Origin: Blastocladiella emersonii ATCC 22665
Lineage: Eukaryota > Fungi > Blastocladiomycota
Reading direction: 5' to 3'
DNA length: 64,000 nt
Assembly: GCA_025594325.1 (NCBI GenBank)
Contig: JANHCV010000002.1
Coordinates: 2,356,001-2,420,000, forward strand
Under the pieces are notes generated by a model. It saw only the letters and a list, made by a program, of their open reading frames with translations, ran no database searches and had not been told where the DNA came from. Below are positions 55,969-64,000 of this stretch, piece after piece; within the stretch, counting starts at the first letter, position 1, and every line of letters starts with the position of its first letter. Made by a program: the position numbers and the translations under genes.

Positions 55969-58614
55969 ATGGACCTAAACACGCGAAACATCTTTGGGTA
56001 TGCACCTGGTACCGGTACTCCAACTGTGGTTACCGATCCAGTGGCCATCGACAGCGTCTCAAACCTTGCAACAAAGGCGTACTGTAACGCCAACTCTGGA
56101 GTGGCTGCGGGGACCAACATCGTTGTTACTGGCAAGACCGTTGCAGTGAGTGACCTGCCTGGATTCTCCCAAGTCACGCTATCTGAGCCACCCACACTTC
56201 CAACGCATGCCGTGACCAAGGCCCACCTCGAATCGAAACTTTCAAACGTGATTGGCGCAGGTCCTGGTGTGAATGTCATTGGAAACGTCGTATCGGTAAA
56301 GGTGGACGACGCGACACTTGGAGTTGGGGCACAGGGAATCTATGTCAAGTCCGGTCTTACAGCTGGATCAGTGACGTCTGCGGCGATTCAAGATGGTTCA
56401 GTGACCACGGCAAAGCTGGTCGATGCATCTGTCACGCCTGAGAAACTCACAAGTGTGCCATGGACAAAAGTTACGGCTCCGCGGATCACAAACGCCATGC
56501 TGGCTGAACCCGTTGCCGACGCAAACATTGCCAGCGTTTCAGCGACCAAGGTCGTGGGCCAATTTGCGCAGAGTCAGCTCCCAAACACGATCGACGCGGG
56601 CCGAATCGGCGGTACACTTGCCGCGGCTAATCTCCCTTTGACTATTGACGCTGGCAAACTCACTGGATTGGTTCCGGTGTCGTGTCTTCCCGCAACGACA
56701 TCGACAGCTGCATCGACCATCACTGGACTCATCACCGACTCCCAAATCGCCGGAGTGTCCGCATCCAAGGTTTCGGGCGTACTTGCTGCTGCGAACATCC
56801 CCACGGTATTCTCAGGGATGATTGCCTCCCTTGAAACGACCAAGTTGAACGGGCAGATCACAAATGCCCAAATCGGTGCCGTAGATGCTGCAAAGATTAC
56901 GACTGGAACCATTGACTTGGCTCGACTCCCTGATGTTTCAAACAAAGTTGGTTCTCTGTCCGGCCTTGCACTTGTCGATGCATCTGTTTCGGATGCCAAA
57001 CTTGTGAGTGTTTCTGGTGGAAAGCTCGTTGCGGGTTCAGTAGGTACAGCAGCACTCGCTGACTTGGCTGTTTCGAACGCCAAACTTGCAACGGGAATCG
57101 ACGGCGCCAAAGTCACGGCCGGATCTATTGGCAATGTCCAACTCGCAAGCGGTGCTGTCTCGGACATCAAGGTCGCGGACGTTTCTGCCGCAAAGCTGAC
57201 AGGTACACTCGATGTTGCACGCATTGCTGACGGTTCGATTGGCAATCTCAAACTCGCAACGGGAATTGATGGCGCCAAAGTCACGGCCGGATCTATTGGC
57301 AATGCCCAACTTGCAAGTGGTGCTGTCTCGGACATCAAGGTCGCGGACGTTTCGGCTTCCAAGCTCACTGGCACACTCGATGTTGCACGAATTGCGGACG
57401 GTTCGATTGGCAATCTCAAACTTGCAATGGGTATTGATGGCGCCAAAGTCTCGGCCGGATCCATTGGAAATAGCCAGCTTGCAAGCGGTGCTGTCTCGGA
57501 CATCAAAGTCGCGGACGTTTCCGCTACAAAGCTCACTGGAACTCTGGACGTGGCACGTATCGCGGACGGTTCTATCGGGAATCTCAAACTGGCCACAGGA
57601 ATTGACGCTACGAAACTCGCAGGAACCATCGACATTGCCCGTCTTCCCGATATTTCCTCAAAAGTGACATCCGTGAGCGCATCCGCACTAACAGGCACAG
57701 TGCCTCAATCCGCACTTGGACTTGGCGCGACGTTTGCGTTTACGAATACGACGGATAGCACATCGACTTCATCTGGTGCGATCACGATTAACGGCGGACT
57801 TGGAGTGAATAAACAACTGTCCGTGCCCAACATTCTGGTCCGAAACTTTACGAGCGCGAATATGGTCTTTAACAGTGCGGTAAACACGCTGACGTACGTC
57901 GACTTTAAACAAGCTGGCGTCATCAAGAACAATCTCGCATGTACTGCCGCAGGGAATCTCGAACTCGCATCCGCAACGACGGGCGGCGTATCCCTGGCAG
58001 CTGGCGGTGGGAACGTGGTCATCGGATCAGCGACCCTTGGAACAGAAAAACTTCGAGTCAACGGCACTGGTCGGTTCACTGGCCAACTCACACTCGACCT
58101 TGCTCCAGTGGCGGGCACAGATGCCGCGAATAAAGCGTACGTCGATAATCTCATGGCTACAAATCGGTGGGGACAGGTTCTCGTCAACTCGGCGAGTTTG
58201 TCGTTTTTATCCGGACAATCCCAGGTCATCACGGGCGCAAACAGTCAAGGCGCGGCGATCGTTAACTCGACAAGTCCCGGGTTCCTGGGTCTTGGAGCAA
58301 CCAACGGCTGTTTCACTGTCAGCGCAACGGGATGGTACGCGCTACGCAGTCAGGGCTGGTACACGCAGGGAAGTACGGTCACGGAGCACATCGCGACTTA
58401 CTCGCTGTATAATGCCACCGACTCGACGGTAGCGGGTAAGGACTACATTGGACTGCTGGCACGAGCTCTCTGTAAGTTCGCGTCAGATCAGTACATGGGA
58501 GGCAGTGCTACAGTGTACCTTGAAGCCGGAAAGCAGTACGGGTTTACGTGGTCTTCCACCGTTTCCATGACCCAATCCGTTCACGTCACTCTTGACCTCT
58601 TCTTTATGCGCTGA
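55969..58614 (+). CDS. Fibre/spike-like protein (881 aa) with 56-aa tandem repeats
   Basis: ATKAYCN, VTKAHLE and ANKAYVD fibre-type motifs; G/A/S/T-rich short repeats; beta-rich C-terminal head-like domain. Confidence 0.75.
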   Translation: MDLNTRNIFGYAPGTGTPTVVTDPVAIDSVSNLATKAYCNANSGVAAGTNIVVTGKTVAVSDLPGFSQVTLSEPPTLPTHAVTKAHLESKLSNVIGAGPGVNVIGNVVSVKVDDATLGVGAQGIYVKSGLTAGSVTSAAIQDGSVTTAKLVDASVTPEKLTSVPWTKVTAPRITNAMLAEPVADANIASVSATKVVGQFAQSQLPNTIDAGRIGGTLAAANLPLTIDAGKLTGLVPVSCLPATTSTAASTITGLITDSQIAGVSASKVSGVLAAANIPTVFSGMIASLETTKLNGQITNAQIGAVDAAKITTGTIDLARLPDVSNKVGSLSGLALVDASVSDAKLVSVSGGKLVAGSVGTAALADLAVSNAKLATGIDGAKVTAGSIGNVQLASGAVSDIKVADVSAAKLTGTLDVARIADGSIGNLKLATGIDGAKVTAGSIGNAQLASGAVSDIKVADVSASKLTGTLDVARIADGSIGNLKLAMGIDGAKVSAGSIGNSQLASGAVSDIKVADVSATKLTGTLDVARIADGSIGNLKLATGIDATKLAGTIDIARLPDISSKVTSVSASALTGTVPQSALGLGATFAFTNTTDSTSTSSGAITINGGLGVNKQLSVPNILVRNFTSANMVFNSAVNTLTYVDFKQAGVIKNNLACTAAGNLELASATTGGVSLAAGGGNVVIGSATLGTEKLRVNGTGRFTGQLTLDLAPVAGTDAANKAYVDNLMATNRWGQVLVNSASLSFLSGQSQVITGANSQGAAIVNSTSPGFLGLGATNGCFTVSATGWYALRSQGWYTQGSTVTEHIATYSLYNATDSTVAGKDYIGLLARALCKFASDQYMGGSATVYLEAGKQYGFTWSSTVSMTQSVHVTLDLFFMR
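57088..57610 (+). repeat. 168-bp coding tandem repeat, about 3 units
   Basis: Units start at 57088, 57256, 57424 and 57592 (partial): ATGIDGAKVTAGSIGNAQLASGAVSDIKVADVSASKLTGTLDVARIADGSIGNLKL. Confidence 0.92.
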
Positions 58615-58615
58615 T

Positions 58616-59725
58616 TCAGTGGCGCACCGTATCCCTGAATCGACCGGGTTCGCGTCGATCACGTTCCGGCGGCTTGCGTGGCTCGATTGGCTGCTTAGTG
58701 CGCGTCTGTGGTGCTGGTCGCTGTGGCGCAACGCGTCCCGGCGGCTCACGTGATACTGAAACGGGCTGGAGATCAGTTCGAGAGTAAAACCCGACGCGAC
58801 CGGCGACTTTATAGCTCGGATTACTCACCCCCGAACCCTTGCGGACTTTGGTGACTTGATGCAATGTACTCGACCATAGCGGCTTTCCCTTGGACTCTAA
58901 CTGGGTCTTGTACGGAATGCGCACGCGAACGAGCTGGCCGACTTTCAGCAACGCGCTCAGTGGATCACCCTCTGGTTTGCCCCGAGCGGCACGGATGGCT
59001 TTGAGCTCTGTCTTGGCGACATCCCTGGGGATGTTGTCGTAGGCGTTCGGCGCTTTACCCGTCCCACGACTCTTGGACTTGTTGATTACGTCCTCGATTA
59101 CCTTGAGGTGTTTCGGCCAGTCGTTGTTGCCTTGAATCGACATCCACGGGATGAGCATTGACTTGATTGTACGATTCATTCGTTCTGCAACTCCCTGGCC
59201 TTGGGGCACTCCGGGTTTGCCTTTAATGTGCTTCACAGTGGTCCCGGCCACAATGGTTGCAAACTCTGTCCCGTTATCCGTCTGGATCGTAGCGGGATTC
59301 AAATTGTGTTCCTCTACGACCTTGTCCCAGATTGCCCGCACGTTGGCCGCCTCGCGTTTCTTTACGGGTCGGAGATAGACTTTACGCGTGGCAAGGTCGA
59401 CAGCGACGAGAATTGCAGTGTAACCGTTAAAGTGCTTTGCTTCGCCCATGATAATCGAGTCCATCTGGAAGTTGCGGCCGGGACTAACGGACGAGATCAC
59501 ACGAATGTCGCGGTGCTTGTACTTGGGCTGTTTATATTGCTGCCACACTGATTGCTCTCCAAGCCATTTTTCGAGTTGGGCTCGGTAGATGTGCTGCCCT
59601 GTATTTTCCGCGGTGATGATATCAAATAATCGCCTGATGCCGACGCCAACGTGGCCCTTTTTATAGTACAGGTTGCTCAAATACTCTGATTGAGCATCCG
59701 TAAGTGGTTCTTCGTGCGGATACAT
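58616..59725 (-). CDS. rve (DDE) retroviral-type integrase, Polinton/Ginger-like
   Basis: FQMD, LVAVDLATRKVYLRP, IQTDNGTEF, PQGQGVAERMNRTIK, DWPKHL..IN..G.AP, C-terminal LKVGQLVRV. Confidence 0.93.
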   Translation of the reverse strand: MYPHEEPLTDAQSEYLSNLYYKKGHVGVGIRRLFDIITAENTGQHIYRAQLEKWLGEQSVWQQYKQPKYKHRDIRVISSVSPGRNFQMDSIIMGEAKHFNGYTAILVAVDLATRKVYLRPVKKREAANVRAIWDKVVEEHNLNPATIQTDNGTEFATIVAGTTVKHIKGKPGVPQGQGVAERMNRTIKSMLIPWMSIQGNNDWPKHLKVIEDVINKSKSRGTGKAPNAYDNIPRDVAKTELKAIRAARGKPEGDPLSALLKVGQLVRVRIPYKTQLESKGKPLWSSTLHQVTKVRKGSGVSNPSYKVAGRVGFYSRTDLQPVSVSREPPGRVAPQRPAPQTRTKQPIEPRKPPERDRREPGRFRDTVRH

Positions 59726-59749
59726 TATATTAACAAGGAGAAATATCCA

Positions 59750-61111
59750 TCAGTTCTTGCCGACCATGTACGTGTTGACGTGAACGCCCACGGAATGACC
59801 CATGGCATGGGCGCGAGCTTTGATCTCGTTGTACGCCTTCGTGTTCTCAGACGCGCTGATCCGGCGCAGCTTCTGGACTCCAACGTCAAGTCCAACGAGC
59901 TTGCCACTGCGGCCAACGTCTTGGCACCACTTCTTGCACTGCGCCTCGGCGTCATCAATGCTGTCGGCAAACACGAAATCAAAGCCCTGGTCGCGGCGGT
60001 ACTTGATAAACTTGGCGAGCATGTTAGCCTGGTCGTCGGCAACGCGGTGCTTGAAGTCGTATCCGTGGCCGGCCGTCTTGATCACAATGGAACCGTAAAT
60101 GAGCTTCGTCTCAGGGTCGTAGTGCGAGAAGTGGTCCGTCCTATCCACAGTGAGGAATGCGAGGTCACTGCGAACCGTAGTCAGAGTCTGGAGGTAAAGC
60201 TGCAGCTGGTGGACCTTGCTGGCGAGGCTGACTTCCTTGTCCAGCGTCCAGTCAAACTTCTCGTCGATCGCCTTCAGAACCTCAGCCTGAGTGGGCAGCG
60301 TGCCGGCTTCCTCCTTGTTGCGGGCCTCGCGCTTCTGCTTACGAAGTTCCTGGGCGTGCTTCGAGTACTGATCAGCAAGCTCATTGTCGCCGTTCCAGTT
60401 GCAGTACACGCTGAGCCACTTGGCCGTGTCCGACTGGAGCGCATCTGGCGGGTTGTTCTTTCCCTTTTTGTCGTCCCACTTGACCATGGCGGCCTTCACA
60501 GCATCCACGTTGTGCATCGAGACGCCCGAAGCCATGAACTTGGTGAGAATGCGGTTCGCCGTCGCTTTATCAGTATCGCTGCGCTTCCCGACTTCCTTGT
60601 TGGCCTTGATGATGTCCGCGTTCTTGAACTCCTCAATCGACTTGGCTGTGATCGTCTCGAACTTGAGCTTCTTAGCGGCGGGCTGCTGCTCCTCGTTGGT
60701 GGTCGAGGACTCGGACGCGTCGGCCATCTCCACGTCCTGCGTGGCTGGGTGATCAGCGGGCTGATCCGAATCATGTTCCATGACGTCATGCGAGCGCTTC
60801 TTTGGCAGGGGCTTGTATTTCCCTTTTGTCTGGATTCGGAGGAAATACTCAATGTTGTCGAGGACATCCCCATAGGTACTGATGTATTTTTGGGTTCTTG
60901 TGTGCTCGATGTACGATTCATCCAGATGCTTGGTGGTCGATCGCTCGAGTTCTGCCAGGCGAGGCTCAATCTTGGACTGGGTCTCGGCCATGTGGCTGAG
61001 AATGGTCGCTTGTTTGTCCTCGATGGCTTGGAGGCGGGGCTCGAGGGCGTTCATAAACTCCTTGGTGGCTTGCGCGAGGATGTCTTTGACCAGAAGCTCG
61101 AACGACGCCAT
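59750..61111 (-). CDS. Tyrosine recombinase-fold protein (453 aa)
   Basis: Ordered catalytic-type residues TTVRSD (R), VIKTA (K), QKLRR (xxxR), AMGHSVGVHVNTY (H..Y, 9 residues apart). Confidence 0.75.
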   Translation of the reverse strand: MASFELLVKDILAQATKEFMNALEPRLQAIEDKQATILSHMAETQSKIEPRLAELERSTTKHLDESYIEHTRTQKYISTYGDVLDNIEYFLRIQTKGKYKPLPKKRSHDVMEHDSDQPADHPATQDVEMADASESSTTNEEQQPAAKKLKFETITAKSIEEFKNADIIKANKEVGKRSDTDKATANRILTKFMASGVSMHNVDAVKAAMVKWDDKKGKNNPPDALQSDTAKWLSVYCNWNGDNELADQYSKHAQELRKQKREARNKEEAGTLPTQAEVLKAIDEKFDWTLDKEVSLASKVHQLQLYLQTLTTVRSDLAFLTVDRTDHFSHYDPETKLIYGSIVIKTAGHGYDFKHRVADDQANMLAKFIKYRRDQGFDFVFADSIDDAEAQCKKWCQDVGRSGKLVGLDVGVQKLRRISASENTKAYNEIKARAHAMGHSVGVHVNTYMVGKN

Positions 61112-61206
61112 TGTGCTTTACTACAGAGCAGGCAAAAAAGGTACGCGGGGATGTCCGCGTTTTATACGTTTGGCGTTATCGCTAAAAGTTTTCGCGCCTG
61201 TTGCTA

Positions 61207-61662
61207 ATGGACTCGCACTTGATGGGATTCTTCCTGAGCCATGTCACTGACATCCCCAACACTGTATTCGATCCAGAACTCGTTCTGCAGCTTGACAGCG
61301 AAGCCATCGCAACGATATCCCCAGGGATGGCGGATGCCGCGATTGAGAAGGTCCGCGCACTCGCTGCCCGCGTGGCGATCGTCGAACTCGCTTTGAATCG
61401 CAAGCTTTCCAAGTGCCCGCTCACTTCCTGGGGCGAAAACACACTCCTCGAGCTCGTGGGCAAGTTAAAGGTCCAAAAGCTGGACGTGGACATTGCAGGA
61501 ACTCTTGCCAAGTTTTCCATTCCAGAGTGCGAGGCGGAAATTATCCGCGCGGAATGGGAAGAAGTAAAGCTCGATGTGATGCTCAAGGCAATTGCAAAGG
61601 CATCTGTGCGCAAACTCGAAAAGAAACAGAAGCGAGAGACGGCGGAATACGACGCTGAATAG
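61207..61662 (+). CDS. Hypothetical helical viral protein (~151 aa)
   Basis: Intact ORF between the YR and replicase genes. Confidence 0.55.
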   Translation: MDSHLMGFFLSHVTDIPNTVFDPELVLQLDSEAIATISPGMADAAIEKVRALAARVAIVELALNRKLSKCPLTSWGENTLLELVGKLKVQKLDVDIAGTLAKFSIPECEAEIIRAEWEEVKLDVMLKAIAKASVRKLEKKQKRETAEYDAE

Positions 61663-61781
61663 ACGTTCCCGCGATCCAAATGATATATCGATAGCTATTT
61701 CTGAAGAGTTATCGATAAACGCGCCAGACGCATAAAAGCAGCCGGTTTTTCCTCTTGTGGGACAGTAAGAACATCCCCAAA

Positions 61782-64000
61782 ATGTCTTCTGCCGCTTCCA
61801 AGATTGCCGAGACTGTCAAGGACCTTTCAAAGATTCTTGACCCGCTCTATGCTGTCCGTCTCATGGCACCAGTGAATCCCAAGGCCGTGGAAGCTCTACA
61901 CAGCAAGGCGATCCAGTGTTCGTGTGCCGACTCGAAGCAACAGACCAAGGAAACGAAAATCGTCAACTCAATCCGTCGCAAGATGAATAAGCGCGGTGAA
62001 ATCGAGACCATCTACAAGTTCTCAGACACGACAAACTCGGGCCGACTTACTACCACGCCTACTACTCCTGGGCTACAAAAGATTTGCGGCGAAACGCGTG
62101 CGTTCCTGTTCGAGGGCGTGCTCCAAGATATCGACATGCACAACTGTGCGCCAACCATCATCTACCAACTGGCTCGTCACTACGGCCTTGAGCACCCGCT
62201 CTTGACAGAGTACATTCAGAATCGAAGCCTGGTACTGGATCGACTTGGGATGAGTAAGACTGATTTCTTCACTGGCGCATTCCACAAAAAGTGCCCGTCG
62301 GAACTCCCTGCGGACTACAAGATGTTCCATGCGTTCCTGTACAACGTGGTGGTGCCCAAGTTCCAAGAGATGCATCCAGACGTGTGGGCCATGTCGTCGC
62401 CAAAGCATCCCAATCGCCAGGGCTCGTTCCTGTCGTTCATCTACCAGTGCGTCGAGTGCAAGGTTCTGCTCCACGCCAAAGACTTTTGCGCCTCGCGTGA
62501 TATCAAGGTCGCGGTTCTCATGTACGACGGCATGATGGTCCGTGCCTCGGATCAGATCAACGAGCAGTTTATGGCCGACCTCGGTGCGTACACGCTCGAA
62601 AAGACGGGTTTTGATATCAAGTGGGCCGAGAAACCCATTGTCGCGCCCTGTGCCATTCCAGAGCCCGAGGAAGAGGAGGATGAGAAGACGCCCGAGGAGG
62701 AAATCTCCGAGTTCATCATCAACGAGTTCGAAACCAAGGGCTACGCCAAAGACGGCGACACGATCTACGCTGCATCCGAGGCCAATCCATTCTACTACGA
62801 ACCGCTGATGACGGTGGCAGAGTACACGTCATACCTGCTCGACGAAGTCTTTATTCGGTACTTCAACAAGAATGCGCACAAGTACGCTCGCCATGTTGCT
62901 GCTCGTCTCGGCCACGGCTCAAAGCACATCCGCCAGTACAAGCCGAATCGCAGCCTGATCGCATTCAAGAACGGAGTTCTGTTCACAGGCACGAAGCGCA
63001 ATCGCCAGTGGGGGCTTTACAGTTTCGAAGATATTGAGAACGACCGCGAGCGATTCGAACGCGAAGTTTGCGGCGGATGCCCTGTGGCATGGTCGTACAT
63101 TGACAACGAATTCGACTTTAGCATTCCGCGCTCGGAATACGACAACCTCGACCTCGGCCCGTACCGCGACGTTCTCGATCTACAGATGGGCGAGGACCCC
63201 GAGGCAATCAAACAGTACATCATGCTTGCGTTCGGCCGTTCATGCTTCCCTGTAGGCGAGCTCGACAACTGGCGTCTTTGCCTCATTACGTGGGGCGAGT
63301 CGGGTACAGGCAAGACTCTGACAATGGATCTGCTCAAGGAAATCCACGGAATCCAGCGCATGAGTATCATGGAAAGCGGGGCGAAGATGACGCCGTACAC
63401 AATCGGTTACGTGCGCGAAAAGCCATTCTGGATTCTCCAGGATGTGGACAAGGACGTGATTGCCAAACTTGGTCAGTCGCTGTTCAAGAACGCATCTGAG
63501 GGCGGCGGTCTCATGGGCGGCATGAAGCATCGCGACGAAGACACCAAGCAGTTTACCACCCATATCATGATGACGCTCAACTACCTCGTACAGTTCCAGG
63601 AAGAAAGTGGCGAAATCTCTACTCGAATGGTCATTGCCCATTTCAAGAACAAGCCGGCTCGCAAGGACGACAAGATTTTCAAGCGAATCGTGGACAAGTA
63701 CCTGATCAACATTATCGTCACGGGTCTTTCGGCGTATCATTCGACTCTGGATCACCTTGACGCGAACCCAGAGCAGACCTTCCGCGATGATGTGCTGAGT
63801 CCATTCTTCAAGCAATCCAACGAACAGGCGCGTGTGCTTAATGACGTTTATGGCAAGGCGATCCTGGCACAGGACTCGGGGTTCGTGGTCACTCAAGACC
63901 CGGCCGACTACGTGGGACTGGACGAGATTCAGAACGCGGGCAATGTCTCGATTTCCGCCAAGTGGAACGACGAGCTCATGGCAGCGATTGGACTGAAGGC
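61782..64000 (+). CDS. TVpol (PolA-derived primase-polymerase) fused to D5-like SF3 helicase; runs off the window end
   Basis: Hand translation from ATG 61782 is open to base 64000. Motif A QDIDMHNCAPTI (~62126), motif C VLMYDGMMV (~62514), IAFKNGVLF, Walker A WGESGTGKT (~63291), HIMMTLN, RMVIAHF. Absent from the supplied ORF track because it has no stop in the window. Confidence 0.85.
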   Translation, partial: MSSAASKIAETVKDLSKILDPLYAVRLMAPVNPKAVEALHSKAIQCSCADSKQQTKETKIVNSIRRKMNKRGEIETIYKFSDTTNSGRLTTTPTTPGLQKICGETRAFLFEGVLQDIDMHNCAPTIIYQLARHYGLEHPLLTEYIQNRSLVLDRLGMSKTDFFTGAFHKKCPSELPADYKMFHAFLYNVVVPKFQEMHPDVWAMSSPKHPNRQGSFLSFIYQCVECKVLLHAKDFCASRDIKVAVLMYDGMMVRASDQINEQFMADLGAYTLEKTGFDIKWAEKPIVAPCAIPEPEEEEDEKTPEEEISEFIINEFETKGYAKDGDTIYAASEANPFYYEPLMTVAEYTSYLLDEVFIRYFNKNAHKYARHVAARLGHGSKHIRQYKPNRSLIAFKNGVLFTGTKRNRQWGLYSFEDIENDRERFEREVCGGCPVAWSYIDNEFDFSIPRSEYDNLDLGPYRDVLDLQMGEDPEAIKQYIMLAFGRSCFPVGELDNWRLCLITWGESGTGKTLTMDLLKEIHGIQRMSIMESGAKMTPYTIGYVREKPFWILQDVDKDVIAKLGQSLFKNASEGGGLMGGMKHRDEDTKQFTTHIMMTLNYLVQFQEESGEISTRMVIAHFKNKPARKDDKIFKRIVDKYLINIIVTGLSAYHSTLDHLDANPEQTFRDDVLSPFFKQSNEQARVLNDVYGKAILAQDSGFVVTQDPADYVGLDEIQNAGNVSISAKWNDELMAAIGLK

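Larger units (their letters stand above)
47972..64000. mobile_element. Endogenous Polinton-like virus (PLV)/virophage-like element; right end beyond the window
   Basis: Abrupt GC drop (by eye ~50-55% versus ~65-70%); intronless, tightly packed ORFs; MCP, penton, A32-like ATPase, rve integrase, YR-fold protein, TVpol-SF3 helicase, HNH-AP2 and fibre. Confidence 0.92.

Noticed and set aside
47972-64000. Bacterial prophage or bacterial contaminant
   Set aside because: No terminase, portal or tail genes. The MCP/penton/A32-ATPase/rve/TVpol set is that of eukaryotic Polinton-like viruses.
47972-64000. Canonical Polinton/Maverick
   Set aside because: No protein-primed PolB or adenain protease is seen in the visible part, and replication is by TVpol-helicase. 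The right end is outside the window, so this is provisional.
1-64000. tRNA or rRNA genes
   Set aside because: No cloverleaf or rRNA-like conserved sequence was recognised by eye; a tRNAscan/Infernal run would be needed to exclude them formally.

Overview
The window has two compositionally distinct parts. Bases 1 to ~47,970 are very GC-rich eukaryotic DNA with short (mostly 54-78 nt) GT-AG introns. OPI1, a metacaspase, hevein domains and kinase-Sel1 proteins point to a fungus, plausibly an early-diverging/zoosporic lineage (inference). Housekeeping genes lie at 1-20 kb: OPI1, a RhoGEF-PH-FYVE protein, TMEM128, RPS1, a forkhead TF and PCM1. A 519-bp inverted duplication of the RPS1 promoter/exon 1 brackets a decayed ACC1 fragment. 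From 21 to 47 kb is an accessory block: a head-to-head pair of ~1,160-1,190 aa helical/pseudokinase/Sel1 paralogs, a solo pseudokinase, a metacaspase with a DxDGDG tail, an HSPA12-like gene with a premature stop, an F-box/RCC1 gene, an inactive alpha/beta hydrolase and a chitin-binding protein. From ~47,972 to the window end is a lower-GC, intronless, gene-dense endogenous Polinton-like virus that appears to have inserted into a host membrane-protein gene. It encodes major and minor capsid proteins, an A32-like packaging ATPase, a fibre, HNH-AP2, an rve integrase AND a tyrosine-recombinase-fold protein, and a TVpol-D5 helicase fusion that the ORF track missed. The junction carries a perfect 26-bp palindrome. 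A palindromic CATCCC-NN-GGGATG motif recurs through the element, and most structural genes share a GTAA(AG)ATG start motif. Family assignments come from motif recognition by eye; no database searches were run.
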